DNA from: a virus
Virus record (IMG/VR): IMGVR_UViG_3300035682_000005
Direction: 5' to 3' (one strand)
DNA: 64,000 bases
Shown here: one piece after another, positions 46,707 to 54,923 of the stretch
How positions within the stretch are numbered: the first letter of the stretch is position 1
Layout: every line of letters begins with the position of its first letter
Made by a program: the position numbers and the translations under genes
The notes under the pieces: model-generated
Told to the model about the DNA's origin: nothing
The model's input: only the letters and a program-made list of their open reading frames with translations
Database searches by the model: none

Positions 46707-46925
46707 ATGGAACGCAAAGATAAGAAGTCTATTACACTGTATGACTTTCTCACTGATGATGAGATTAAGCAGGCGCAGCAATTAAAGAAAGCTAAAGACA
46801 TTTGTTGTGTGATTATCAAGCCAAACATTGCTCGTATCAACAAGCAGTTAGGTCAGGAAAACGATGAAATGTACCTTGCGTATGTGGTCGAGTATGTTGT
46901 AAGCATAGTGAACAGTAATAAGTAA
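46707..46925 (+). CDS. hypothetical protein
   Basis: IIKPNIARIN..LGQEND..YLAY. Confidence 0.6.
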   Translation: MERKDKKSITLYDFLTDDEIKQAQQLKKAKDICCVIIKPNIARINKQLGQENDEMYLAYVVEYVVSIVNSNK

Positions 46926-46966
46926 GGTTGTTGCTAAGGTTGTAAAAGGTTCTAAATAGGAGTCAT

Positions 46967-47209
46967 ATGAAATCATTCAAGCAATATTGTTGCGAATCAG
47001 AATCAGCCCCCTCTTATGTTGTTGTTCGTAACAACAGGGTTGAGCTACGCAAGATGGACATAGGGTCCCCAGTTGCTACGTTTGGAACTGGTGCTACAAC
47101 AGCCGTAATCAATGGCAATCAAGTGATCGTTACCTTCCGCAATGGTAAGATCGCTATCTATAAAGTCAACGCACAGGGAACTGGCGTTTCTGGACCTTAT
47201 ACACGTTAA
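46967..47209 (+). CDS. late small beta-rich protein with capsid-targeting-like leader
   Basis: CTAAATA 46952, AGGAG SD, MKSFKQYCCES. Confidence 0.6.
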   Translation: MKSFKQYCCESESAPSYVVVRNNRVELRKMDIGSPVATFGTGATTAVINGNQVIVTFRNGKIAIYKVNAQGTGVSGPYTR

Positions 47210-47304
47210 ATCCAAAATTACCTATTGACTATTCCTTGCCAATACTGGCGATAAAAGGAATAGTGATTGACAGCCACATCCACACCATGCTATACTTGAC
47301 TTAT

Positions 47305-47523
47305 ATGAATAAACTTCCAAATTTATTAAATCGCCAAGAAGTAATCGACTACGTATGCAAAGGCGACAAAATCTCCCTCAAAGTGATGATCAGTGGTATT
47401 GGTGATGTGTCAGAACGTTACCCAGACCCAATCTTATTTGCGAAAGCATGTACTAAGAGAGGAGACTCAGTAACAGTGTTGCCGCCTGTTGCTGATGAAA
47501 ATGATTTGTCAGTTAATGTTTAA
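47305..47523 (+). CDS. early hypothetical protein
   Basis: TTGACA-18-TATACT 8 nt upstream. Confidence 0.55.
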   Translation: MNKLPNLLNRQEVIDYVCKGDKISLKVMISGIGDVSERYPDPILFAKACTKRGDSVTVLPPVADENDLSVNV

Positions 47524-47534
47524 TTGTTAATGTA

Positions 47535-47816
47535 ATGGAGATGAAAATGGTAGCCTTTAATACAACTACAGCAGGACTTTGGGGACGTAATCCAGCAGTG
47601 CGTCAATCACTTGTACAGAGTATTGTTGATGCACATGGTCTTGTAGTCACACGTAAGCAGATTCTCGCTCACGCCACAGCAGCCGGAAAAGGAACAGCTG
47701 ACGTTCGCTGGTTGTTCAATAACAAGCTATTCAGAGCCGGTCGTGGTCAGTACACCCTTGCACCACTTGTTGATTCAAGCGCAGTCAACACATCGACAGA
47801 AGCCAGTGCAGCATAA
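47535..47816 (+). CDS. hypothetical protein, possible winged-helix-like
   Basis: VTRKQI...WL....RAGRGQY; GGAG before ATG 47547. Confidence 0.55.
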   Translation: MEMKMVAFNTTTAGLWGRNPAVRQSLVQSIVDAHGLVVTRKQILAHATAAGKGTADVRWLFNNKLFRAGRGQYTLAPLVDSSAVNTSTEASAA

Positions 47817-47977
47817 TGGATCGTATATAATGCGCTGATGGATCTGAAGGCGCGTATCGAGTGCCTTCCATTCATCACCTCGGTGGGGACCCTTGCATCG
47901 AGTTTGACTAAAAAGTTGTGCATGTCACCTCAGCATGTATGACACAAGGGTCTTTTCTATTGATCATATCATATATT

Positions 47978-48214
47978 ATGCAAGAATACCAAAGCTATTA
48001 TATACGCAGAGCAGGAGACGGTTCTGATACGATGTTGATATACTTTGAGGGGTTATGCATTGGTTATATCTCGCCTTGTTATATTGACGATTTGTACACA
48101 GTGCAACCAAGTTGGGACACATACAAAGGACACTTTAGAACGTTTGAAAAGGCGTGCTATGAATTGGTATCTCATTATTGGTCCCAACGTGGTCATGCTG
48201 TGCTCGAATGTTAG
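47978..48214 (+). CDS. hypothetical protein
   Basis: ORF only. Confidence 0.4.
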   Translation: MQEYQSYYIRRAGDGSDTMLIYFEGLCIGYISPCYIDDLYTVQPSWDTYKGHFRTFEKACYELVSHYWSQRGHAVLEC

Positions 48215-48252
48215 TTTCACACATCAAGTGGCACAGGTGAGTGTTAAAACTA

Positions 48253-48543
48253 TTATTGCACACCCGCTACCTTGAAGTCAATAAAGTCGTATGAATATGA
48301 ATCAACATCGCGATGTTTCTTGATTTGTGTGATATAGTAGCGACCAATACGAGCGACATATGGTACATCTAATTCTTCTGCAACTCCTACCATACCTTGC
48401 AATCCTTGTTTCAGTTCATCGAGTCGTTTCTTTAATTGTCGAGCTTCCCTCTCAATGCGCTGGCGCTCAACATCAAGCGCCAAGAACTCAGACGCAAGAG
48501 ACTCAACCAAAACCTTTGCTTGCTTCTTGTTTAACTTCGACAT
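48253..48543 (-). CDS. coiled-coil hypothetical protein
   Basis: GAGG SD on - strand. Confidence 0.6.
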   Translation of the reverse strand: MSKLNKKQAKVLVESLASEFLALDVERQRIEREARQLKKRLDELKQGLQGMVGVAEELDVPYVARIGRYYITQIKKHRDVDSYSYDFIDFKVAGVQ

Positions 48544-48615
48544 AACAACCTCACATAAACATTAAAGACATTGTGGCGCCCTCATCAATGCGAGGGCGCA
48601 CAATCGATAAACATG

Positions 48616-49083
48616 TTACCCCTTGATCACAATTTCGTGTGGGTATCGAGAGAGCAAGTTTGTTTGCTCAAGATACTTGCCCAATTGTTGATCAGTGAGC
48701 TTGCCAACCCCAGGCGAGCCAGCTGTAATAAGTTTCTTCAAGGCTTCTTTACCTTTTGAACTGCGCAAGAACTTAAAGAATATCTCATACGCATCTTTTC
48801 GTGTAAGAGAAAACTGTGGTCGAATCCACTCACGCTGCCATCGTCTATGAAGTGCAGCACTACGAGCTTTCCCTACAGGCGCGGCTGTTGTTGTTGGGGC
48901 TGACATTTCAATAGAACCATCAGTGTCCCATCCCTCTTCTGGGAGCATGTAAACACTCTTGCGATTCTTTGACCCCTTAGGGCGACCACGCTGTGATTTT
49001 CTTTGAGCTGGTTGAGCTTGGTGAGTATCATCATGTAACACACTTGAATTCTCATCAACAAAGTTTACATCATCAATTTTCAT
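48616..49083 (-). CDS. AT-hook-containing protein
   Basis: RGRPKGSKNRK; GGAG SD. Confidence 0.65.
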   Translation of the reverse strand: MKIDDVNFVDENSSVLHDDTHQAQPAQRKSQRGRPKGSKNRKSVYMLPEEGWDTDGSIEMSAPTTTAAPVGKARSAALHRRWQREWIRPQFSLTRKDAYEIFFKFLRSSKGKEALKKLITAGSPGVGKLTDQQLGKYLEQTNLLSRYPHEIVIKG

Positions 49084-49610
49084 AGTATCTCCGTTTCACA
49101 TTGTCGAGCTTGATTGCTCTTCATATTTCTAGTTTCGACTATCCATGGAGATTACTCAAGCACAAACCTTTAAAAAAGTGGAATAATTGTTATTGAGATG
49201 ATGCGAGACATTCTTATGGAACGCATTTGTTTTTATCACACGATATACGCTTGCCTATAAGAATACGAGATAAAACACTTACACAGACACAGTACCGTAC
49301 AGTAGAACTCGCCTACGTTCGTTCTACGCTGTTATACGTGATGTAAGTTTCTCGCATGATCGTAAACAGATATTCGTTGACACATTAGTACAGTATGCTA
49401 CACTTCATAGCAAAACCTCTTAGAAGGAGACTGTTACGCATGGTTTACATCATATACCTTACTGAATCAGCTATTGGGCACGTCTATACTGAGCTAGAAC
49501 ACGTCCTACAGTTTCTAAAGAGGGGCAAGCGACACCATAGAATAGAGATATGGCGCGACGGTGAGAGACGCGGAGTGCACTGGTAAACGACACAACGTGT
49601 CGCCTGGCGA

Positions 49611-49651
49611 CCCCTAGTAGGTTCTCGTAGAGCTTACTAGGGGATTTTTTT
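49611..49651 (+). terminator. intrinsic terminator
   Basis: CCCCTAGTAGGTTCT-CGT-AGAGCTTACTAGGGG followed by a T-run. Confidence 0.75.
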
Positions 49652-49727
49652 ACCCTGCTAAGTATCTGTTTTTTCTGGCATGGAATAATTGTTGCACATC
49701 TCCAAAAAGGTGTGCTATAATGTTCTT

Positions 49728-50006
49728 ATGTTAAAACAACAGCTAGTAGGAAAACGAGTTAAGGGATCCTTCGCAGGGTTCGCCTATACAGGCACGATTA
49801 TAGAGACGCAAGAATCAGACGGACATTTCAATCATGTGATTAAACTTGATGAGAGCATGATTCTTACCACAAGGCAGTTAGACTACCCACAAAGGTATTG
49901 GGGATATAAGGCACAGCTGTTTCAGGGGCTAAACTATTGCACTGAGAATGCTGAAAGAGTCGCGGGTACTCCCGATGAAACTCGAATGACTATGATCCTT
50001 TTGTAA
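49728..50006 (+). CDS. early hypothetical protein (leaderless)
   Basis: TTGCAC-18-TATAAT, ATG 6 nt downstream. Confidence 0.6.
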   Translation: MLKQQLVGKRVKGSFAGFAYTGTIIETQESDGHFNHVIKLDESMILTTRQLDYPQRYWGYKAQLFQGLNYCTENAERVAGTPDETRMTMILL

Positions 50007-50118
50007 GTAGTTGATTCCAGTATGATCCTAAAGATATTCATATGTTACATCTTCATAAAAACCCTTATATTTGCGCCACTTACGTTTCTTGCAATTATGG
50101 TAAATCTGGAAGAATAGG

Positions 50119-50148
50119 TTGACAACCACTTGGATAGTGTGCTATACT
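50119..50148 (+). promoter_or_regulatory. sigma70 promoter of the operon containing the hammerhead and tRNA-Asp
   Basis: TTGACA-18-TATACT with TG extension. Confidence 0.75.
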
Positions 50149-50180
50149 AAGCCTATAGAGAATAAGAAAAGGTAAACAGT

Positions 50181-50480
50181 ATGCAAGTTCAGAAAAGTCT
50201 CCAAGCAAAGATTAGAAAGTTCGGAAGCAAGCAATTGCAAGAGGTCTCAGTTGATGACAAGCGAGTTCTTGTTTCGTATACAACTCCGGTTGCAGTTAGA
50301 ATGGGAACAGAGTTGTTTGTTACTACGCAAAAATTCAGTGTAACAACCTCTAAGCACATCACACACTACATTGGCGACCTTATCAAGAAGGGAGAAAAGT
50401 TCGATGTTGTCCGAGTTGACCACGATGCAATCAAAAAGATCGTCCGTGAGACGTGTGGACTTGCGGTACCTTGGTCTTAA
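50181..50480 (+). CDS. conserved early phage protein
   Basis: LVSYTTPVA...KFSVTTSKHI. Confidence 0.7.
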   Translation: MQVQKSLQAKIRKFGSKQLQEVSVDDKRVLVSYTTPVAVRMGTELFVTTQKFSVTTSKHITHYIGDLIKKGEKFDVVRVDHDAIKKIVRETCGLAVPWS

Positions 50481-50511
50481 TAATTTTAATTGATGTGAAG
50501 AAGAGGTTTTT

Positions 50512-50694
50512 ATGAGTCACGAAAGCATTGAAAACATTATCGACAAAATCAACGAAGTAACCGACACGATTACCTTCCTTACCGCCGAGCTAGAAAATTG
50601 CTCCCTGTGGGGGAAGTACGATGAAGCCGACGAACTTTATGGAGAGCTTGTTGACGCTCGCCACGAATTAACGAAACTCGAAGGGATGCTGTAA
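50512..50694 (+). CDS. hypothetical protein
   Basis: GAGG SD. Confidence 0.6.
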   Translation: MSHESIENIIDKINEVTDTITFLTAELENCSLWGKYDEADELYGELVDARHELTKLEGML

Positions 50695-50695
50695 C

Positions 50696-50893
50696 ATGTT
50701 AAACTCAAAAGAAACAAAAGATCGCCTTGCTCAACTTGCCAGCTACCGCGCCTTGCTTATGGATAAGTTGCAAGCCGACTACCTTAGCCCACAAGAGCTG
50801 TTTAGTATTCAAGACTCGCTGATGATGATCGACACGGCGACGAAACAACTTACTGAATACTTGGAGCAGTTACAGAAGCCTATCTCATACTAG
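50696..50893 (+). CDS. hypothetical protein
   Basis: ORF tiling. Confidence 0.55.
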   Translation: MLNSKETKDRLAQLASYRALLMDKLQADYLSPQELFSIQDSLMMIDTATKQLTEYLEQLQKPISY

Positions 50894-50899
50894 AATAGT

Positions 50900-50966
50900 T
50901 CGCACCTGACGAGTCCGTATAAGGACGAAACGCCAGGGGTTTTTACCTTCCCCTGGCGTAGTGTGA
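50900..50966 (+). ncRNA. type I hammerhead ribozyme
   Basis: Stem I TCGCAC/GTGTGA; CTGACGA; stem II GTCC-GTATAA-GGAC; GAAA; 9-bp stem III CGCCAGGGG/CCCCTGGCG; GUA cleavage after 50960. Confidence 0.93.
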
Positions 50967-50979
50967 TAAATAAAAATAT

Positions 50980-51055
50980 GGAATCGTAGTTCAGTGGTTA
51001 GAACGCTCCCCTGTCACGGGAGAGGTCGTGGGTTCGAGTCCCATCGGTTCCGCCA
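50980..51055 (+). tRNA. tRNA-Asp (GTC)
   Basis: GGAATCG/CGGTTCC; CTCCC-CTGTCAC-GGGAG; TTCGAGT; encoded CCA. Confidence 0.95.
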
Positions 51056-51075
51056 TATTATGCAAAAAGGTTGTT

Positions 51076-51507
51076 ATGAAATATTTGCGTGAAGTCAGAG
51101 TGAAATACGGAAAGAAGATTCCACTGGTCGCGGCGATACGATCACCCCAACAGATTGCAGACTTCATACGAAAGAAAGTTCTTACAACTAACGCCAAAGA
51201 ACATCTTGTCCTTATTTGCCTTGATGGCAATCACGATGTTATAGCATACAATCTACTAGGCATCGGCACGGCCACATCATGCACGTTCCATCCACGCGAA
51301 GTGTTTCAGCCAGCTATCGTGGCAGGCGCCGTCTCAATTATTCTTGCACACAACCACCCATCAAACAACCTTGAGCCAAGCAAGGAAGATTTACAAGTCA
51401 CAAAGATTGCAAAGGAAGGAGCTAAACTCCTAGGCATCAAATTGCTAGACCACATCATCATAACAGACACCGGACATTATTCACTACACGAAGCTGGTAA
51501 CATATAG
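51076..51507 (+). CDS. radC: RadC-like JAB/MPN-domain protein
   Basis: KEH; HPREVF; AHNHPS...PSKED; LLDHII. Confidence 0.88.
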   Translation: MKYLREVRVKYGKKIPLVAAIRSPQQIADFIRKKVLTTNAKEHLVLICLDGNHDVIAYNLLGIGTATSCTFHPREVFQPAIVAGAVSIILAHNHPSNNLEPSKEDLQVTKIAKEGAKLLGIKLLDHIIITDTGHYSLHEAGNI

Positions 51508-51647
51508 ATCTACGAGAATTGCGTATCCGAGGCATATGTAAGTATCTAATATGGCTATGTAAAATAATTTGGAGTTATCACTTAAGCCCTTTATTTTACG
51601 TTGGATTGGAGCTTCGTTATATCGCCAAATTGTGATATAATAGTCCT

Positions 51648-51836
51648 ATGATGAAGCAAAAGATGTCACAAAAACAAATTGATAAAATTTTAGAGATGAG
51701 TTTAGAACAGCTCCTTTACTTAAGTCGGATGTTTCGAGAGTTTGATGTAAACACTCTTTTTGCTGAATGTGTTGTGTGTGAGATTCAACGCAGACTGAAA
51801 ACACACCGTTCCGAAGAGTGTGTAGCAAGTAATTAA
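51648..51836 (+). CDS. early hypothetical protein (leaderless)
   Basis: TGaTATAAT 6 nt before ATG. Confidence 0.55.
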   Translation: MMKQKMSQKQIDKILEMSLEQLLYLSRMFREFDVNTLFAECVVCEIQRRLKTHRSEECVASN

Positions 51837-51849
51837 CAAAGGTGATACT

Positions 51850-52056
51850 ATGAGACAAGCAAGCGAAACAGCCAAAAACAAGTTTATCCAAATCATCGAA
51901 GATACTGGTGTTGAGTTGACTCCGCAAGTAGTCCTTATGTGCATTGAACACGCTCGGCAAATGATGCTCTCTGGAGATGTATGTGTCGAAGCCTTCTATG
52001 AAGCAAAGAAGATCTTGATCGACCGTTGTGTAATGACTAGCGAAACAATTAACTAA
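51850..52056 (+). CDS. hypothetical protein
   Basis: AAGG SD. Confidence 0.55.
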   Translation: MRQASETAKNKFIQIIEDTGVELTPQVVLMCIEHARQMMLSGDVCVEAFYEAKKILIDRCVMTSETIN

Positions 52057-52203
52057 AAGGTATCAATATGAAATACAAAGGACAAACTCAAGACCTTTAC
52101 CTAGCTTATGTGAATGATTACCTCACGGTAGCCCGATGTGCCGCCGACCACGAGATTAGCCAATACAGCATGTTGCGAATTATCAAACTTTGGAGAAAAT
52201 AGT

Positions 52204-52365
52204 ATGATCTATGAAGAAGCAAAGAAGATCGTGGGCAACCAACCCACATGGGCTCTTAAAAACATGGTCAAAGCCTTGCAGATGTTTGGTGGCTATATGA
52301 ATACGCCAGAAGAGAACCTTCGACTTCAGGCAGCAAAAATTGTACTTAAAGGTAAAAGAAAATAA
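52204..52365 (+). CDS. hypothetical protein
   Basis: GGAG SD; [24 protein letters not shown]. Confidence 0.6.
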   Translation: MIYEEAKKIVGNQPTWALKNMVKALQMFGGYMNTPEENLRLQAAKIVLKGKRK

Positions 52366-52366
52366 T

Positions 52367-52552
52367 ATGAGACACCTTCCATCAGAAATTGCATCCGTCA
52401 AAGCACGTATTGCGCAGATTAAAAAGACACAGAAGAAACTTGCGCCAGATGAGGTTGATTACTACACAAACCGCCTTGAGCTTGAGAGCCTAACAGAAGA
52501 CCTAAAAGAACTTCAACAGCTCGACATGATTACAGAAGAGCTCCATGCATAA
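52367..52552 (+). CDS. coiled-coil hypothetical protein
   Basis: ORF tiling. Confidence 0.5.
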   Translation: MRHLPSEIASVKARIAQIKKTQKKLAPDEVDYYTNRLELESLTEDLKELQQLDMITEELHA

Positions 52553-52680
52553 CGTGAGCAAAACGGATGATTGTGTTACACTCAGTGTGTTACCTTAGAG
52601 AAGCATTCGACATGGCACTTGATGTGCTATTAGCCGAAGGTATTGACGGAATTATTGAAGAGCTTGATGAGGACTAAACA

Positions 52681-52908
52681 ATGGACGTATGGAATTTAGA
52701 GAACCACAAAATCGAAGGAACCTACCACGGAGTGCCTTTCTGTGGAACAGTTGTGTTAAGCCGTGTGTGCTACGGGTCGCAACCAGCCATAGAACACACT
52801 ATTCTCCTTGAACGACCAATCACAGTAAACAACACGCCACGAACGCTTATCACAGTAAAGACATCAGACTCGTCAGATGTTGCAGAGTACGCCGTTACCG
52901 ACTTTTAA
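52681..52908 (+). CDS. hypothetical protein
   Basis: GAGGA SD; WNLE..I.G.Y....G.V..SRV.YG...HT. Confidence 0.6.
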   Translation: MDVWNLENHKIEGTYHGVPFCGTVVLSRVCYGSQPAIEHTILLERPITVNNTPRTLITVKTSDSSDVAEYAVTDF

Positions 52909-52922
52909 TAAAAGGACCCAAG

Positions 52923-53243
52923 ATGTTCAATGACACAAAAGATGATATTGTAACCAGGTACGCTGATGTTATTAAAGACAGACCAACAGTGTATGGCAAG
53001 ATTATGACCATTCATGTGTATCCAGAAGAAGAAAGCTCCGTTCCGGGAAACTTTGAAGTAGACCTGACCCTTGACAGTGGAGAACTCCTTGAAGCAAGTG
53101 TCCCTGCCGCAATGATTAGAACGTTACAGGAAAGAGCATTTGAGCCAGCTATTTTTGTAATAAATTCAGTTTCCAAGAATGACAAACATTTTGATTGCCA
53201 AGCAATCCTGTTTGGAGCTAAAACACAAACATGGGCAGCCTAA
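52923..53243 (+). CDS. hypothetical protein
   Basis: AAGGA SD. Confidence 0.6.
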   Translation: MFNDTKDDIVTRYADVIKDRPTVYGKIMTIHVYPEEESSVPGNFEVDLTLDSGELLEASVPAAMIRTLQERAFEPAIFVINSVSKNDKHFDCQAILFGAKTQTWAA

Positions 53244-53246
53244 GAT

Positions 53247-53438
53247 ATGATACCATTTGACAAAATCGCCGACGAAATCGAGGTACTAGAACAGACCATT
53301 CAAGACTTAGAAAACGCCTTTCCTAAAGTCATGGTGCCGTCAGTGCGTAGCAGCCTTTATGCAAAGATTGAAGAGATTAAAGACAGTATACAGATACTCC
53401 GCGAGAACCTCCAAGAAGAAAGCAGCTTAACTACATAA
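53247..53438 (+). CDS. hypothetical protein
   Basis: ORF tiling. Confidence 0.55.
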   Translation: MIPFDKIADEIEVLEQTIQDLENAFPKVMVPSVRSSLYAKIEEIKDSIQILRENLQEESSLTT

Positions 53439-53446
53439 CAACATAC

Positions 53447-53519
53447 GTCTCCTTCGTCTAGTGGCCTAGGACACCCGCCTTTCACGCAGGTAACACGGGT
53501 TCGAGTCCCGTAGGAGACA
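53447..53519 (+). tRNA. tRNA-Glu (TTC); C-A mismatch in anticodon stem, no CCA
   Basis: GTCTCCT/AGGAGAC; CCCGC-CTTTCAC-GCAGG; ACGGG-TTCGAGT-CCCGT. Confidence 0.88.
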
Positions 53520-53533
53520 CACCCTAACCCCCT

Positions 53534-53758
53534 ATGATAACACAGCACCAAAAGACCCGCCTTGACGAACTTACCCTTAAGTACAAATACTCCTTTTACA
53601 TCCACGGCTCTATAACAAGCGCATACAATACAATACGCCTTGCCGCATTTGTTAGCCTTAAGAAGCCAACAGAATACGAATCGTTTCAAGTAGATGATGA
53701 TAGATCCCTTATCTTTTACAACACAGAGACAAAACGCACTTTCATGTGCATAGAGTAA
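53534..53758 (+). CDS. hypothetical protein
   Basis: ORF only. Confidence 0.45.
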   Translation: MITQHQKTRLDELTLKYKYSFYIHGSITSAYNTIRLAAFVSLKKPTEYESFQVDDDRSLIFYNTETKRTFMCIE

Positions 53759-53865
53759 GCACATAACCCCCATCATACCCCTTGGACCAAGTTACCTGTT
53801 GTAACAGCCATTCTTGGTCCAAGTCAATACATATACCTGTATACATTAAACGCAGGTATATCATC

Positions 53866-54138
53866 ATGTCCATCCACAAAGATTTCAAAAAGAACCTAAT
53901 CAGTAAAGAGAAAGGTTCACACAAACAACGCGCCACAAGAACTCTTAGATCATTAGAGATATTTGTAACAGCATCAAAGAACCTTCTTGACGAGTGGTCT
54001 GACCTACTAGACGAAACAAGCAACCTTGATTATGGTGCAGAGAACTATCCCAAAGATTGGGACTCATTTGATATAGAGATAGAGCATATACGAAAATGGG
54101 CGAATTCTTTTAAAGACCAATTACGGAAGGTTAAGTAG
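53866..54138 (+). CDS. hypothetical protein
   Basis: ATG after hairpin containing AGG. Confidence 0.55.
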   Translation: MSIHKDFKKNLISKEKGSHKQRATRTLRSLEIFVTASKNLLDEWSDLLDETSNLDYGAENYPKDWDSFDIEIEHIRKWANSFKDQLRKVK

Positions 54139-54250
54139 ATCGGCAGTTGTTTTGTATTATGTGTTTTATAACCACCGGCGGTACGAACAAAGACTGATAT
54201 CGTAACTAGAACGCACGACTAACTTTCCATGGTCCAAAGTTGCATCTCAC

Positions 54251-54316
54251 AAATTTGATAGCTTGATCTATGAAATTTGATAGCTTGATCTATGAAATTT
54301 GATAGCTTGATCTATC
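54251..54316. repeat. 22-bp tandem repeat x3
   Basis: AAATTTGATAGCTTGATCTATG at 54251, 54273 and 54295 (last base C). Confidence 0.95.
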
Positions 54317-54420
54317 AAAATCGTTTCCGTACAGTATCTCAAAAAATCCAACAAATCCAAAAATTGCTTCCAGACTTTTTTTGCTTGACTCCATTAAAAC
54401 AATTGTTGTATACTTACTAT

Positions 54421-54639
54421 ATGACAAGCAAAACACACATTACATCCAACAAAGCAAAGTGCCTGCGGTGTCTCGAAACAATTGAGAGTAAGCACCGACG
54501 TGACTTTGTTCAGTGTCAGTGTGGCGCTATCTTTGTTGATGGTGGTAAAGATTACCTCCGTCGAGGTGGAATTATTGAAGCCATAGAAGAGTTGAGTACA
54601 TTTGCAGAAAACACAAAACAGGACACACAACCAGTATGA
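54421..54639 (+). CDS. small zinc-binding phage protein (leaderless)
   Basis: KCLRCLETIESKHRRDFVQCQCGAIFVDGGKDYLRR; TTGACT-18-TATACT 6 nt upstream. Confidence 0.75.
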   Translation: MTSKTHITSNKAKCLRCLETIESKHRRDFVQCQCGAIFVDGGKDYLRRGGIIEAIEELSTFAENTKQDTQPV

Positions 54640-54923
54640 GTACAGACAGAAAAGCACTCTTTCAACAAGTTGCAGTAGCTATGCTTAAGACGCGGTCAGA
54701 TGTCGTCATTCGTGCTACTGCACAAGGCACCGCAGTATGTGTATGTCCGTTGTTTCTTAAAGATGTTGCAATTGTTGCAGAAGCTATACAGCATAGTTCA
54801 GAAGCATTCAGCACAAACGTTCGCACAAAGACAAAAGAACACGTTGAAGCAATTGTCGAAAACCATAGAGAACTGTTATCAAAGTTGATAGACAGACCTG
54901 TTACAGAAGATCAAACTAAGTAA
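54636..54923 (+). CDS. hypothetical protein
   Basis: ATGA overlap. Confidence 0.5.
   Translation: MSTDRKALFQQVAVAMLKTRSDVVIRATAQGTAVCVCPLFLKDVAIVAEAIQHSSEAFSTNVRTKTKEHVEAIVENHRELLSKLIDRPVTEDQTK

Noticed and set aside
51028-51075. N-terminal extension of the RadC-like ORF
   Set aside because: Overlaps tRNA-Asp; ATG 51076 follows an AAGG SD.
54251-54316. CRISPR array
   Set aside because: Repeats are head-to-tail with no spacers; no cas genes are seen.
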